DNA of 64,000 bases from Octopus sinensis (taxonomy: Eukaryota), in assembly GCF_006345805.1 (NCBI RefSeq), contig NC_043020.1, positions 30,380,001-30,444,000 on the forward strand, in the 5' to 3' direction. Shown here one piece after another: positions 38,561 through 49,749 of this stretch (position 1 is the stretch's first letter; every line of letters starts with the position of its first letter). A program made the translations under genes and the position numbers. The notes beneath the pieces are model-generated. The model saw only the letters and a list, made by a program, of their open reading frames with translations, did not search any database and had not been told where the DNA came from.

Positions 38561-39921
38561 AAAAGAGAGAGAGAGAGAGAGAAGCCCTGAATGTCAGCCA
38601 TTAACTCAACCAGATTATCATTGGTGTGTTTCTAAAGAGCAAGGAAATGAGGAAGTGGGGGGCGTGTGAAAGCGCTCACCTGCTGGATACCTAAGTATTT
38701 GCCAACATGCTCGGACACATCAACAATTTCCCCATCACGTGACAGGATAATGACAAACCCATCCAGGGCCCTCGCATACAGCTGGGCCACAACAGCCTCG
38801 TCCAGGCTGTCATCATCCACGCTGCTGCTGCTCGGACTGTGATTTTCTGTTCTGGTTGGCTGATCATTGTCTTCAGCTGTTCTTGGGCTGTTCTTTGGTG
38901 AAAATGACCGACTCTCGCTGATGGCCTCTGCCTCAGTCTGGTCATCATTGGTGATGCTTCGGTTGTTATCAAAGTTGAAGTTCTCTGCTTGGTCAGTCTG
39001 CCGTGTGTCTTGCACTAAACAACCAAAAGGGACAAAAAAGATTAAGTAGAATTAAAACAGATTTCATATGTTGGATATTATCCAAAATAATCTTAAAAAT
39101 AATTAATAATCAAAGTCTTAAAGTGGTGTGAAAGTGTTGCTGTCTTGTAGCAGACGCTCTATAGCTGGGTGCCTTTCCTGTTGCCCACCCTCACCTCTTT
39201 CCAAGCAGGGTAATATTTTCCCAAGGCCAGAAATGCTTTTCACAGAACACTTGAAACAAACATCTCTTTTATGATGATGATGTGCATTTACAACCATCAC
39301 ATGATGTCAAGACAAGGGAACACACACACACACACACACACATGATGGGCTTCTTTCAGTTTCCATCTATCAATCTCCTCACAACGTTTTGGTCGACCTG
39401 AGGCACTACAGAAAACTACTTGCTCAAGGTGTCATGGTGTCAATTTGAGAAACTGCTGCAGTGTTCTTAGCTAATTAAGAATAGCTAATTAAGAATAGCT
39501 AATTAAAACTAGCTTACTTTATGCCTTTGTTTATAGCATCACCACTTGACATTTTTAGAGAGTTATGTTCTGTTGCAAACATTGGTGCCAAGTCTCTGGT
39601 CTGAGGGTGACTTCCATTCTGCCTCTTAAATGCCATCAAATACTGTATCCCTCTTTTTTTCCCCCCCACCCCACATACACACAATGATGATGAACCCTAA
39701 TACAAACACAAAAACACAAAACAAACTTATTACCGCTCAGTCGTATTTCGTGTTGCTTCATTAAGCACAGTGTCAGCCTCATGATGGACGCCTTGTCCAG
39801 CTGACGTGTCTTCCCTTTGGCCAAAGGAAGTGTGTCGGCAAGCTCTGTGAATATGTGGGTCTCCTGGTTACGCCGTTGTCGAGCTGCATCACGGGACTTT
39901 TCTCTCCGTTTCTCTGAATTC
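22064..39921 (-). CDS. HIF1A: Hypoxia-inducible factor alpha (bHLH-PAS-ODD-CTAD), 13 coding exons reconstructed; first coding exon not securely identified
   Basis: Exon translations give the HIF-type bHLH (NSEKRREKSRDAARQRR...LDKASIMRL), PAS-A (ALDGFVIILSRDG; YIHPCDH; KGRNINLKSASYK), PAS-B ([48 protein letters not shown]), NODD-like LTFRAPSAGD and C-TAD LPRLTQTDCEVNAP...LLRALD. All introns are GT-AG with matching phases. The symbol denotes the HIF-alpha family; orthology versus paralogy is not established. Confidence 0.95.
24473..24582 (-). CDS. HIF1A: HIF-alpha exon with SVLRNLLVSGED motif (110 nt, phase 1 to 0)
   Basis: Acceptor ttgcag|GA TCC; SNNNNKDSVLRNLLVSGEDRNNGYFVNQHMGIPYLP; donor CCG|gtaagt. 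Needed to bridge phase 1 to the phase-0 terminal exon. Confidence 0.8.
25090..25808 (-). CDS. HIF1A: HIF-alpha exon, Pro/Gln/Ser-rich (719 nt, phase 2 to 1)
   Basis: Acceptor cttcttcttcag|G CTG; 239 open codons (ORF 25022-25789); donor G|gtgagt. Confidence 0.85.
26950..27047 (-). CDS. HIF1A: HIF-alpha exon at the expected C-terminal ODD position (98 nt, phase 0 to 2)
   Basis: DFSIEETEYDILQATLSSPNEGSLLLSPDIGD; donor AT|gtaagt joins in frame to G CTG TAT of the next exon. The acceptor (aacaaaag|) is weak, and a competing tttcag 8 nt downstream would shift the frame. Confidence 0.7.
28520..29222 (+). mobile_element. Tc1-family transposase fragment (catalytic domain), intronic
   Basis: WKNVIF-DESSF, TVKHGEGSVMIW, FQDDSAPIHTA, WPAQSPDLNII-EHLW and TAKGGSTLY motifs, with frameshifts. 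Confidence 0.9.
29307..29431 (-). CDS. HIF1A: HIF-alpha exon (125 nt, phase 1 to 0)
   Basis: Strong acceptor ttttctttccgttccacag. The only open frame is the phase-matching one (TAFKVPTLDADEAYMNEVSMTEICDNKPKCLPVPDLSPQLQ); donor CAA|gtatgt. Confidence 0.8.
29776..29859 (-). CDS. HIF1A: HIF-alpha exon: N-terminal ODD-like motif (84 nt, phase 1 to 1)
   Basis: Acceptor attccag|GT ATG; MNAFDDLTFRAPSAGDVCIDLSVPSSF resembles the human Pro402 motif LTLLAPAAGDTIISL; donor G|gtaagt. Confidence 0.9.
30620..30830 (-). mobile_element. Mariner transposase fragment, intronic
   Basis: VQISYGSVQSIITEDLVMRHVSAKFVPKLL matches the mariner HTH region and the WVP-equivalent motif. Confidence 0.75.
30972..32929 (-). 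CDS. HIF1A: HIF-alpha exon: very long post-PAS exon (1958 nt, phase 2 to 1)
   Basis: Acceptor tttttcag|T GAG ATT GAA; starts EIENQHEILSLVQQ (typical post-PAC HIF sequence); 652 open codons including KIFAPRTKDMD; donor T|gtgagt. Confidence 0.88.
33274..33421 (-). CDS. HIF1A: HIF-alpha exon: PAS-B/PAC (148 nt, phase 1 to 2)
   Basis: Acceptor catttcag|TA [54 protein letters not shown]; donor AG|gtatgg. Confidence 0.96.
33677..33868 (+). repeat. 42-bp tandem repeat, about 4.5 copies
   Basis: GAGCGTTGGG recurs at 33691, 33733, 33775, 33817 and 33859. Confidence 0.92.
33680..34170 (+). mobile_element. Abundant LINE-3'-end-derived interspersed repeat with (GAT)n tail; related copies near 3617-3915(-), 24778-24990(-), 40330-40460(+), 43975-44320(-), 48228-48460(-) and 57590-57830(+)
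   Basis: Shared blocks such as GGAAGGGCATCCAGCT(G/A)TAGAAA and CCAACCCATGCCAG...TTAAA(T/C)GATGATGATG recur at these loci. The 5' part translates like a LINE ORF2 C-terminus (LGLTEA...LWHYVVLEK). Confidence 0.75.
34517..34623 (-). CDS. HIF1A: HIF-alpha exon: PAS-B (107 nt, phase 2 to 1)
   Basis: Acceptor ctcacag|A ATC AAA; IKELVGYSSEDIIGHSIYEYYHGLDAEMVGQAFKE; donor T|gtaagt. Confidence 0.95.
35654..36648 (-). CDS. HIF1A: HIF-alpha exon: end of PAS-A, long acidic/His/Ser-rich insertion, start of PAS-B (995 nt, phase 0 to 2)
   Basis: Acceptor ttgcag|GTC ATC AAG; VIKFSGQL...[39 protein letters not shown]; donor AA|gtgagt. Confidence 0.93.
37961..38020. repeat. 20-bp perfect tandem repeat x3 spanning an exon-intron junction
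   Basis: (ACAAAGGGACCCTACCTTAT)3. Confidence 0.95.
38016..38219 (-). CDS. HIF1A: HIF-alpha exon: PAS-A (204 nt, phase 0 to 0)
   Basis: Acceptor ttcacag|ATT GAC; encodes IDLLGQNIYEYIHPCDHEQLRSEL...FSLRVKSTLTAKGRNINLKSASYK; donor AAG|gtaggg. Absent from the supplied ORF track in this frame. Confidence 0.95.
38680..39014 (-). CDS. HIF1A: HIF-alpha exon: linker and start of PAS-A (335 nt, phase 1 to 0)
   Basis: Acceptor gtttag|TG CAA GAC; ends ...LYARALDGFVIILSRDGEIVDVSEHVGKYLGIQQ; donor CAG|gtgagc. Overlaps ORF 38632-39015. Confidence 0.94.
39734..39921 (-). CDS. HIF1A: HIF-alpha exon: bHLH domain (188 nt, phase 2 to 1)
   Basis: Acceptor ttgacag|G AAT TCA GAG AAA CGG; encodes NSEKRREKSRDAARQRRNQETHIFTELADTLPLAKGKTRQLDKASIMRLTLCLMKQHEIRLS; donor G|gtaata. 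Confidence 0.96.
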
Positions 39922-40600
39922 CTGTCAAGAGAAATTATACATATATTTTTGTTATCAAAGTGTACAGAGTGTCTTTCTGTGAAGGTGTGTCTGTTAATAC
40001 GTGCAGGTGTGGCAACGTGGTTAAGGAGTTTGCTTTCTAATCACATGGCCTCGAGTTCAGTCCCCCCTTGGGGCAAGTATCTTCTATTATAGCTTCAGGT
40101 TGACCAAAGCCTTGTGAATGTATTTGGTAAACAGAAACTGAATGAAGCTTGTTGTGCATGTATGTGTACTTGTATATGCAGGTGTGTCTATATGCATATA
40201 TGTGTGTGTGTGTGTATGTGTGTACATATGTCTATGTTTGTGTCTCTTCGCTTTGACTTTGTGAAATAATTGTAAACAAGCATCACTTTCACATAAGTGG
40301 TGTGGCTTATTTCCACTCTTCCCTAAAACCCTGTCCAGCCAAAGGGAAATATTCCCTTCCTCAGAAACAGGTTGAGGGTTGGTGACAGGAAGGGCATCCA
40401 GCTGTAGAGAATCTGCTTTAATGAATTCCACCTGACCCATGCAAGCATGACAAACTGGACATGAAAACAAGGATTATGTGGCTGTGTGGTAAGAAGTTGG
40501 TTTTCCGACCACATGGTTCTGAGTTCAGTATCACAATGGGGCACCTTAGGCAAGTGTCTTCTAACCCAAGTGAATTTGGTAGGTGGAAACTGAAAGAAGT

Positions 40601-40639
<39 letters not shown>

Positions 40640-40683
40640 TATATATATACACACACAATTGTCATTAATTGTCATTGAAGGTG

Positions 40684-40845
40684 CAGGGTAGCACCTACGT
40701 TGCTAGAAATAAGAGTTAAAAAACAGTCTGGAGATCTCGTTTGCAGTGGGGCAATTATCTCTTGTTATTGCATAGACACGTGCTTTTTTTTTTGTGGTTC
40801 TAAGGGTCTTTAACTCTTATTTCTAGCAATGTAGTTACTACCCTG
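40684..40845. mobile_element. MITE-like element with 37-bp terminal inverted repeats
   Basis: CAGGGTAGCACCTACGTTGCTAGAAATAAGAGTTAAA matches the reverse complement of 40809-40845 with 3 mismatches. No target-site duplication seen. Confidence 0.6.
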
Positions 40846-41525
40846 AACTCTCAATCACAATTAGTGACAAAAAAATTTTTTTTTTTGGTTTTATGTTGCA
40901 TTATGGCCACCTTTGTTATTTAAAAGATATAGATGTACGTACAACCATTGATTATCTCTATTGCTCAACATTTGGCTTACAGCTGTTTCCAGCAGTCACT
41001 ATCGATTCATTATTGATTGGTTTAACCAATTGGTCCATTGATCAGTTGAGGAAAATTGAACAACTTAAAAAAGTTAATGCTACTTCCGTTAGAGCCATTT
41101 CTGGTTTTATCCCTCGCTAATAACTATATATGTGTGTGTTTATGAATCTGACCCCGTCATCACTTGACAGCCAGTGGTAGTCTGTTTGCATCCCTGTAAC
41201 CTAGCAGTTTAGCAAAAGAGATTGATAGAATAGGTACCAGGCTTAAAAGTAAAAAATGTACCAGGGTCAGTTGGTTCCATTAAACCCTTCAACACAGTGC
41301 TCCAGTATGGCCACAGTCTAAGGACAAAAACAACACACACACACACACACACAGACAGAGCGGAAACCAACAATTGTTTTGATCATTTGGTCATGAACTA
41401 CTTTAGATAACAGCAGCTTGCTGATAACATTAAGCAGAGAAATATAACAATATCCTGAGTGTGTTTGAGAGCCACTAATTTTAGTAACAATAACAGTATG
41501 ATAATATCTGATTACAATAAGCAGC

Positions 41526-41582
<57 letters not shown>

Positions 41583-42185
41583 TCACACATTTATATATAA
41601 ATACATATATACATGTATGTGTATACATATATACATCTATACACACACACACACACACATAAACTTTTAAATACAGGGTAAAAATTAAATATTAACTTTT
41701 TACCAGTGGTCAGTGTGAGTAAAAATTTTCCATTTGTTAAAATAAGAATAGATTTTTTTGTGGTTTGGGATTTAACTCCCATTTCTAGCATGATGGAAAA
41801 CCACTTAGTGGCTTTCCCTTCGTGTATAATTTTTATACACACATATAATATACATACATATGTATGTACATGTATTTATATATGTGTGTGTGTGTGTAGA
41901 GTAAGATAAGAGGGTAACGTCATTAGTCGGAGGGGTTGGGAAGGTAAGAGAGGAGGGTGAAATAAAAACAAAAACAAGACAAAACACAATAAAAAGTAGG
42001 AAGAGGTGTTAGGGAGAGGTGAGAGGAGAAGGTCTGACTTTCTCTAATTGATTTATGGATAGAAAAGTTACAAAATTAGAAATATTAAATTTCTAAATCT
42101 CTTGTAGAGACATGTACGGTGGTGGGGCGATAGAATGGTTGTATACTGTCAATCTAACGTGAACATGACAGTAGGGGGTTACACC

Positions 42186-42542
42186 ACCGCTGTTTAGCCC
42201 TAGGAAGCATCGATGCCTCCTGATGGCTTCGACACATTTTTCCTGTGTCCTTATATGCATTTATGAAGGGGAGACAAACACCCCCGGCAGCCAGGCCTGC
42301 ATTTAGAGACACGCATGTTTCAGGATCATTTTCCATTGCGAATCGGGGCAGATATCCGCAGCTGACGGGCGTCTGCTACTCTAGACAGATGAAGGACAAT
42401 GATCCTGAAACATGCGTGTCTCTAGATGCAGGCCTGGCTGCTGGGGGTGTTTGTCTCCCCTTCGTAAATGTATATAAGGACACAGGAAAAATGTGTCAAA
42501 GCCATCAGGAGGCGTCGATGCTTCCTAGGGCTAAACAGCGGT
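42186..42542. repeat. Long inverted repeat (145-bp arms, 67-bp spacer), foldback/MITE-like
   Basis: 42186-42330 is the reverse complement of 42398-42542 with 6 mismatches, all transitions. Confidence 0.9.
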
Positions 42543-42657
42543 AAAGTTACAAAAGTTCATGGACAAAAAAGATTAAGGATATATAAAAGTAGAAAAATAC
42601 ACAGACTGACAGATAGGCAGGAAGACAGGTCGATATATATATATGTATATATATATA

Positions 42658-42714
<57 letters not shown>

Positions 42715-43204
42715 TGGTGTATTCACATAGTGATTTCAAACTTTGGCACAAGGCCAGCAATTTGGGGGAGGGGATAAGTCACAATGATCCTGAAAGGATG
42801 AAAGGTGAAGTCAACCTTGGTGGAGTTTGAACCCAGAATGTAAAGATGGACGAAATGCCACTAAGCATTTTGCCCAGTGGGCTAAAAACGGTTCCACCAT
42901 TTCACTCAGATATTGAATGGTTCTCTAAAGGAATAAATTGAATAAAGAATGGATTTCCTGAGGGAAATTAAACAAACATGATGATCTGAAATTTGACTCT
43001 GCACAGAGATAAAGTGATTGAGAGAGCAGGGACAAACGGTTTGTTTAAAGTCCATGTACGCATCTCATCCAACTTGCAAATTTTTCATTTTCCATACACA
43101 AAATAAAAAGATTTCTCATCCCTTTTTTTCGTTAAAAACACAACCATGGATTGACAGAAGCAAAAGAAAGGGGCAAATGTGTACATCTACACACTATTAC
43201 TACT

Positions 43205-43405
43205 ACTATGGCAATCCCTCAAGGTCGAGGATGATGGTCTTCGCGCAAATTTATTGGTGAGTCCACAGGTGACTGATAAGACCAGTTCTTGCTCGAAAAG
43301 ATCGGTCACAGTGCGGACATCTAGTGCCGGAAGGGAGAGTCGCACGTGGTTGTTGTTGGCGCTCCTTCCGTCATCGTCTTTTCTCCTCCAGCTCTGCAGA
43401 CATTT
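43205..43405 (-). mobile_element. RTE-clade LINE 3' end fragment
   Basis: AELEEKRR*RKERQQQPRATLPSGTRCPHCDRSFRARTGLISHLWTHQ* is the C-terminal C2H2 finger of RTE ORF2, with one internal stop. A short 3' UTR and TAG-repeat tail follow. Confidence 0.8.
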
Positions 43406-44563
43406 TCGACTCACACACACACACACATGTACTGGTTATTGATGGAGAAACAAATAAAACATTATTTCATGTCTTTATGTAGAGTTTGGGTGCAGCTTGG
43501 AACAGATTACCCCTAATTTATATGTATTTCATCTGATTACACCTTTAACAAACAATTTAGTTAATGAACAGCCGCTTCACAACAGATTATGTTCTCATAC
43601 AGAGACCCCACCACGGCTTTGAGGAATTAGCAACATCCCATGTTGTGTGTGAATTTTCTATTCATTAGGGTATTGGTGTCAAGAAGACCCAAAGGTGTCA
43701 GGTAATGCTGCGTAAGTGTTATGGACGGACTCTAGTTTTAAGCTCCAGGTTCGGTGATTCAGTCCGAATGAGGAGTCCAAATATAAACTTTATGTTCAGT
43801 TGATGTGTTTCATTCATTTTACGGATGATTAAATATAAATCGCACGAGTACAGACATGGTGTAGGTTCAGACCCAGAGTGTACCACTTTGGGCAAATGTC
43901 TTCTATTAGTCCCGAGTCAACCAAAGCCTTGTTAATGGAAACTGAAAGAAGCTCATTATGTATTATGATCATCATTGAACGTCCATTGGCCATGCTGGCA
44001 TGGGTTGGACGGTTTGACCAGGGCTGGCAAGTTGGAAGGCTGCACCCCACTGCAGCCTGTTTTGGCATGGTTTAGCTGGATGCCCTTCCCAATAACAACC
44101 ACTCCGAGAGTGTAAGGGGTGGTTTTATGTGCCACTGGCACGGTGCCATTTGCGTGACACCGGCATCTGTCACGACTGCAGTTTTATTTGGCTTGATGGG
44201 TCTTCTTCTCAAACACAGCATCATGCCAAATGGACTTGGTCATTGCCTCCATGAGGCCCAACGCTCATAACCTGGCATAATGCCAAATGGCCCTTGTGAG
44301 GCCCAACGCTTGAAAGGTGCTTTTACGTGTGTGTGTATGTGTGTGCGTGTTTTTGTGTTTGTCCCCTACCACTGCTTGACAACGGGTGGTTGTTTGTGTT
44401 GCAGTAACTTAGTGGTTTAGCAACAGGCTTAAAATGTAAGTGCTGCGGTTGATTCGTTCGACTAAAACCTTCCAGGGCGATGCGCCCAGGCATGGCCGCA
44501 GCCCAATGACAGAAACAAGTAAAAGCTAAAAGGATGATTTGTGTGTGTGTGTGTGTGTGTGTG

Positions 44564-44621
<58 letters not shown>

Positions 44622-45461
44622 GATTGGCTTCTGCACAGTTTCTCCGTCTACGAAATTTCATTGAGAAATAAGTTTGTTGAATCTGAGGTCTGTGGTAGAA
44701 GACAAACACTTGTCTGACATGTCACGGCTCAGTGGGATCGAAACCGGAGCAAGCGATTGTGAAGCGAACTTTATAACTACTTAGCCGTGCCTGCGCCCAG
44801 CACAGAAATGCTATTATGAAATATATCCGAGTGTTTATAATGATTGTAGCTATGTACTTCAAACTACGACCATGGTGATACAAACTGTATCGGAGAGGGG
44901 GAGAGAGAGCGAGAGAAAGAGAGAGATGGAGAGAGAGAGAGAGGGAGAGAGAAAGAGAGAGATGGAGAGAGAGAGAAGGAGGTGAAAGAGGAGATGCCTT
45001 TCAACTGTAATCTAGTCGAAAACATAGATAACCAGACTCTATAGCGAAAGGAAACAGTATGCAACTTCTATATATATAACCTTGACACAATTCTTGACAT
45101 AGATAAAGAAACGAAACAAAGAGTGTTTTTATATACAACCTTAGAAAGAAAAAAAACAGAGAGAAAGTGAGGGAAAACAGGAAACGAAATTAACAGCCGA
45201 CTTTTATATACAACTTACAAAGGTTTCATATCATTCTATCTATCTGTCTATCTATCTATCTATCTCTCATGAACACTTAGATGGATGGTTAGAAAGCTAT
45301 AGAGATGTATAGGAAGAAAAGGCGTGTGTGTTGTTCATAGAGGATTGCTATACAGATATATATTTATAGGGAAAATTGAGGGGCAGATGGCAAAACAAGG
45401 AAAAGTAGGATATGAGAGAGGAGCGCGGAAAGGAGAGGCAACTAAATGAAAGGCATCGACT

Positions 45462-45497
<36 letters not shown>

Positions 45498-45688
45498 AAT
45501 ATAGGAATTATAAGTTAGGCGGAGACATTCATACAAAGATGTGTATAAAGATAGATATACAAAAACTGTTAAGCAACAGAAATCTCAGAGTAGACTGATA
45601 TAAAGATGGATATATCGTTGATCAGATCTAAAACAGATGTTTCAATATTAAAAAGATGCAAATAGGTAGATAGATAGACAGACTGATG

Positions 45689-45793
<105 letters not shown>

Positions 45794-45853
45794 GTAGATA
45801 GATAGATAAATAGATAGATAGATAGATAGGTAGGTAGGTAGGTAGGTAGATAG

Positions 45854-45988
45854 ATTAGAGGGAAAAGGACAACAAAACTAAGGCAGGGCGAGTATCTGAA
45901 GCCATTTACAATATTTAATTGGAGTAAATAGTGTAAACGATTTGAGATATCCGCCCTGCCTTGGTTTTGTTGCCCTTTTCCCTCTAAT
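45854..45988. mobile_element. MITE-like element, inverted arms of about 57 bp, TA-flanked
   Basis: ATTAGAGGGAAAAGGACAACAAAACTAAGGCAGGGCG... pairs with ...CGCCCTGCCTTGGTTTTGTTGCCCTTTTCCCTCTAAT. Confidence 0.7.
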
Positions 45989-46132
45989 ATAAATCTGCTG
46001 ACTCGAAAGCCTAATACGGATCCCTAGCTCCGGCCTCAGCTGTGAACTTGGAACCTAACGGATGACCAATTATAGCCCTGACACGGTGTACCTGTTTGTT
46101 TAGATCATCAGTGAACTAAACCCTTCATATGA

Positions 46133-46149
46133 CAGATAGATAGATAGAT

Positions 46150-46182
<33 letters not shown>

Positions 46183-46184
46183 AG

Positions 46185-46226
<42 letters not shown>

Positions 46227-46248
46227 CGGATAGATAGATAGGTAGACT

Positions 46249-46310
<62 letters not shown>

Positions 46311-46327
46311 CGGATAGATAGATAGAC

Positions 46328-46362
<35 letters not shown>

Positions 46363-46372
46363 CAGATAGACG

Positions 46373-46443
<71 letters not shown>

Positions 46444-46480
46444 GGATAGATAGATAGGTAGATAGATAGACAGACAGACT
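46133..46480 (+). repeat. (GATA)n tetranucleotide array; a second array lies at about 45665-45852
   Basis: Seen directly in the sequence. Confidence 0.95.
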
Positions 46481-49400
46481 GGTAATAAAATAAATTTTAT
46501 GCGCCAACATAATTTTTAAAAAAAGTAATGGCTAATGCAGGGAGAATTTTAAGGAACTGGTTGGAAATAATGATGTAGTGAAACACAGAGAGCGATAGAC
46601 AAGTTATTTTATTTTATTAAAGACCATTAAAAAAGCCGCAAATAGAAATATGTAATGTGGAGAGATAGAGAGTTAATCAGACAAGTGCGTGTCAATATAT
46701 TTAATTCAAGAAGCCTTAAAAAATTAACTTGAAGTAACTGGTGGGAGACAGAGTGGCAAGGAGCAGTTAAAGACGGGGAAAAAATTCAGTTTATTTAATA
46801 AAAGGAAACAGAAAATGCTAACCAGAAATAATTATGAGAGAGAGAGAGAGTTAAGTTATTTTAATGGAGAAGGGCATTAAAAGAAAAAAAACTCGAAATA
46901 TGTGCTGACACAGATTGATAGACAAGCAAGTATGTGTCTTTTTAGTCGACGCAGGAAAGGATTAAAAATAATTTTGAAATAATTACGTGATAAGACAGAT
47001 TGACTGACAGACACACAGACTGAAGAGCAGTGGTTAGGGTTAGCATTAACAAATTTAATACACTCCACGTATGAGGTTAACAAGAAAAATAAATATTCAG
47101 ACCGAGTGAAATTTATTGTAAAGTTCCCGGCCAACACGGACTTTAAAAACCTTTCGGGGAAAACACGTCGTTTAGTAAATTCGACCCTTTTCTCGGTATC
47201 GAACCAACAAATGTTTTTGTTATTCTTAAACTCGCTAACCCTTTTGATGACAGTCCCTGGTTCTCTGGTGCAAACTTCTCCTGTTTTTAAGTAATCACAT
47301 ATATTAAAACCTTCCGTCAAAACTTCGTTTATGATTTAGTTTTAATTAACACCGTAATATAAAACTATTTTATTAACTAACACCGAAATGATAAAGTTGT
47401 TTAATTAAATTTTTCATTATTTAAAAAATTAGTAACTGAAACAAAATGTTTAAGTTTCGTTTTTTTTGGATTTGGTTTGCAAGATTCTTTACCGTTGAGT
47501 GTCTTATATTATAAGGCACAAAAAGAAACTGACTCTCCCCAGACAACATTAAGATTAATCCATAATTCCGTAAAATTTTGGCCCAGAGTCAGCAATCTCA
47601 AAGGGAAGGGGTAAGTCGATTAGATCGGTCACAATGCTTAGCTGGCACTTTATTCTACCGACCCCGAAAGCATGAAAGGCAAAGCTGGTGTTAACCTCAG
47701 CTGAGTTTGAACTCAGAACGTCAAAAACCGGAAGAAATGCTGCCAAGCAAATTCCGTGCGACTCGCTGACGGATCAGTCAGCTCAGCACCGCCTTAATCT
47801 GGTTTAAAGCAGCGAGGGTAGGGCAGAAATGAATAACACTAGTGTTACGTAGAAGCAGAAAGCGAGAGGGATTAACCAAATTAATATTAACATATTTAAT
47901 GCAGTAAACATTGAAATGTTGATTAGCAATAATTACGGGTGAGACTGACAAGAAACAAAGTGTTTATTTCACGAAGGAGAAACATTAGCGTAAAAATAAA
48001 CGGGGAACAGTTATTTAATGAGAGAGAGAGAGAGGAGAACGAACAGATAGTCAGGCCAGACATGTTAGTATTAAAATATTGCGAGGAGTGTATTTAAAAA
48101 GCAAACAAGAAAAGAGGATGATTGGAAAAACAATGAGTCATTGACAAATATTTCGAATCGTTTGGTTGAGAACAGGAGACAATTGCTGGGAGGTCTTGGG
48201 TGAGAACAGATCTCCTCCTCCCCCTCATCATTTAACGTCCGTTGTCCATGCTGGCATGGGTTGGACGGTTTGACTGAGGACTGGCAAGGCTGGAAGGCTG
48301 CACCAGACTCCACTCTGATTTGGCAAAGTTACTACGGCTGGATGCCCTTCCTAATGCCAACCACTCCAAGAGTGTAATTTTTTTATGTGCCACCGACATG
48401 GGTGCCATCCGCATGACACTGGTATCTGTCACAACTGCGATTTTACTTGGCTTGACGAGTCTTCCTCTTTCTAAAATTAAATTCCCCAGAACAATTCGAT
48501 TTTTCTCCATTAATAAACATACATGTATTTTGGTGTTTTGGTATTTGTGACCCCAAAAGACCCAAATTTTTTTTCTATTGAGATAACACTTACTGAAAGA
48601 CAATCTCTGCTTAGCTAATTACCCTTCAAAACCAACCGTTCACATCTGTTCCATTGGATCGGCCTCAAAGTCCTGTCAGCTTGTATCACTTTTGGCCAAT
48701 CAATCTGTCTGGCTGTCCCCAAAAAGGGTTAAAGTCTTCTCTCCTCACGACTTCAGGAGGAACAATGAAGTCAATATTTTGCTGAAGAAATTTAACAGGA
48801 CCAAAATAAATCTGGAGTTGTTTCCTACTCTTCAAGAAACTCAAATTTTTTCTATCATAGGCAGAAGGCCTGGGATTTGGGAAGAGAGGTTTAGTCAGAT
48901 AAAACCCCAGTGCTCAACGGGTTTTATCCACCCAGAAAGGACGAAAGGTAAAATAGAACTCAGTGGAATTTGAACTCAGAATGTAAAGCAGGAAGAAATG
49001 GCATTAAGCATTTTCTTTGACATGCAAATGGTTCCGTCAGTTCATCACCTTTCAAACAATCATAATAATAATGGTTTCAAATTTTGGCACAAGGCCAGCA
49101 ATACTGGGTAAAGGGGTTGATGACATCAGCCCCACAATTTGACTGGTATTTATTTTATTGACCCCTCCCAAAAGAATGAAAGACAAAGTCAACCCCAGCC
49201 TCTTTTGAACCCAGAATATAAAGTAGGAAGAAAGGCCGCTGAGTGTTTTGTTGGCAATGGTAAGGACCCTGCAAGCTCACCACCTTTAAGAATCAGAATA
49301 TTAGTCACTTACTAATGTTGGTTTTTATTGACTAAGTCATTTCTTGTTAGTTTTTTTTTTATATTTCAGATATTAAATATGTTAACACTAACATACCTAT

Positions 49401-49590
49401 TTGTCTGTCTGTCTGTCTATCTATCTACCTACCTACCTACCTACCTACCTACCGATCTATCTATCTATCTATCTATCATTCTATATCTATCTATCTATCA
49501 TTCTATATCTATCTATCTATCTATCTATCTATCATTCTATATCTATCTATCTATCTATCTATCTTTTTTATTTATTTCCCCATTTAAGTA

Positions 49591-49704
49591 CAGTAGTCAC
49601 CCGGTATTTGCGAGTGTTACATTCCTAGACCACCTGCAAATAGTGAAAAACCACAAACATTGGACATGGTCCATAAAAATGCCTATAAATGTCAAAATAT
49701 GATG

Positions 49705-49749
<45 letters not shown>

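Noticed and set aside
42214-42240. CTGATGG in the 145-bp inverted repeat as a possible hammerhead core
   Set aside because: It lacks the A of CUGANGA and has no correctly placed GAAA or helices.
43187-43426. ORF considered as HIF-alpha exon 1
   Set aside because: Another frame gives the RTE LINE C-terminal zinc finger with a stop, and there is no suitable phase-2 donor.
46877-47320. 147-aa minus-strand ORF of ordinary complexity
   Set aside because: No recognisable motif, TTG start, and no splice sites fitting the HIF-alpha model. A BLAST search would be needed to revive it.
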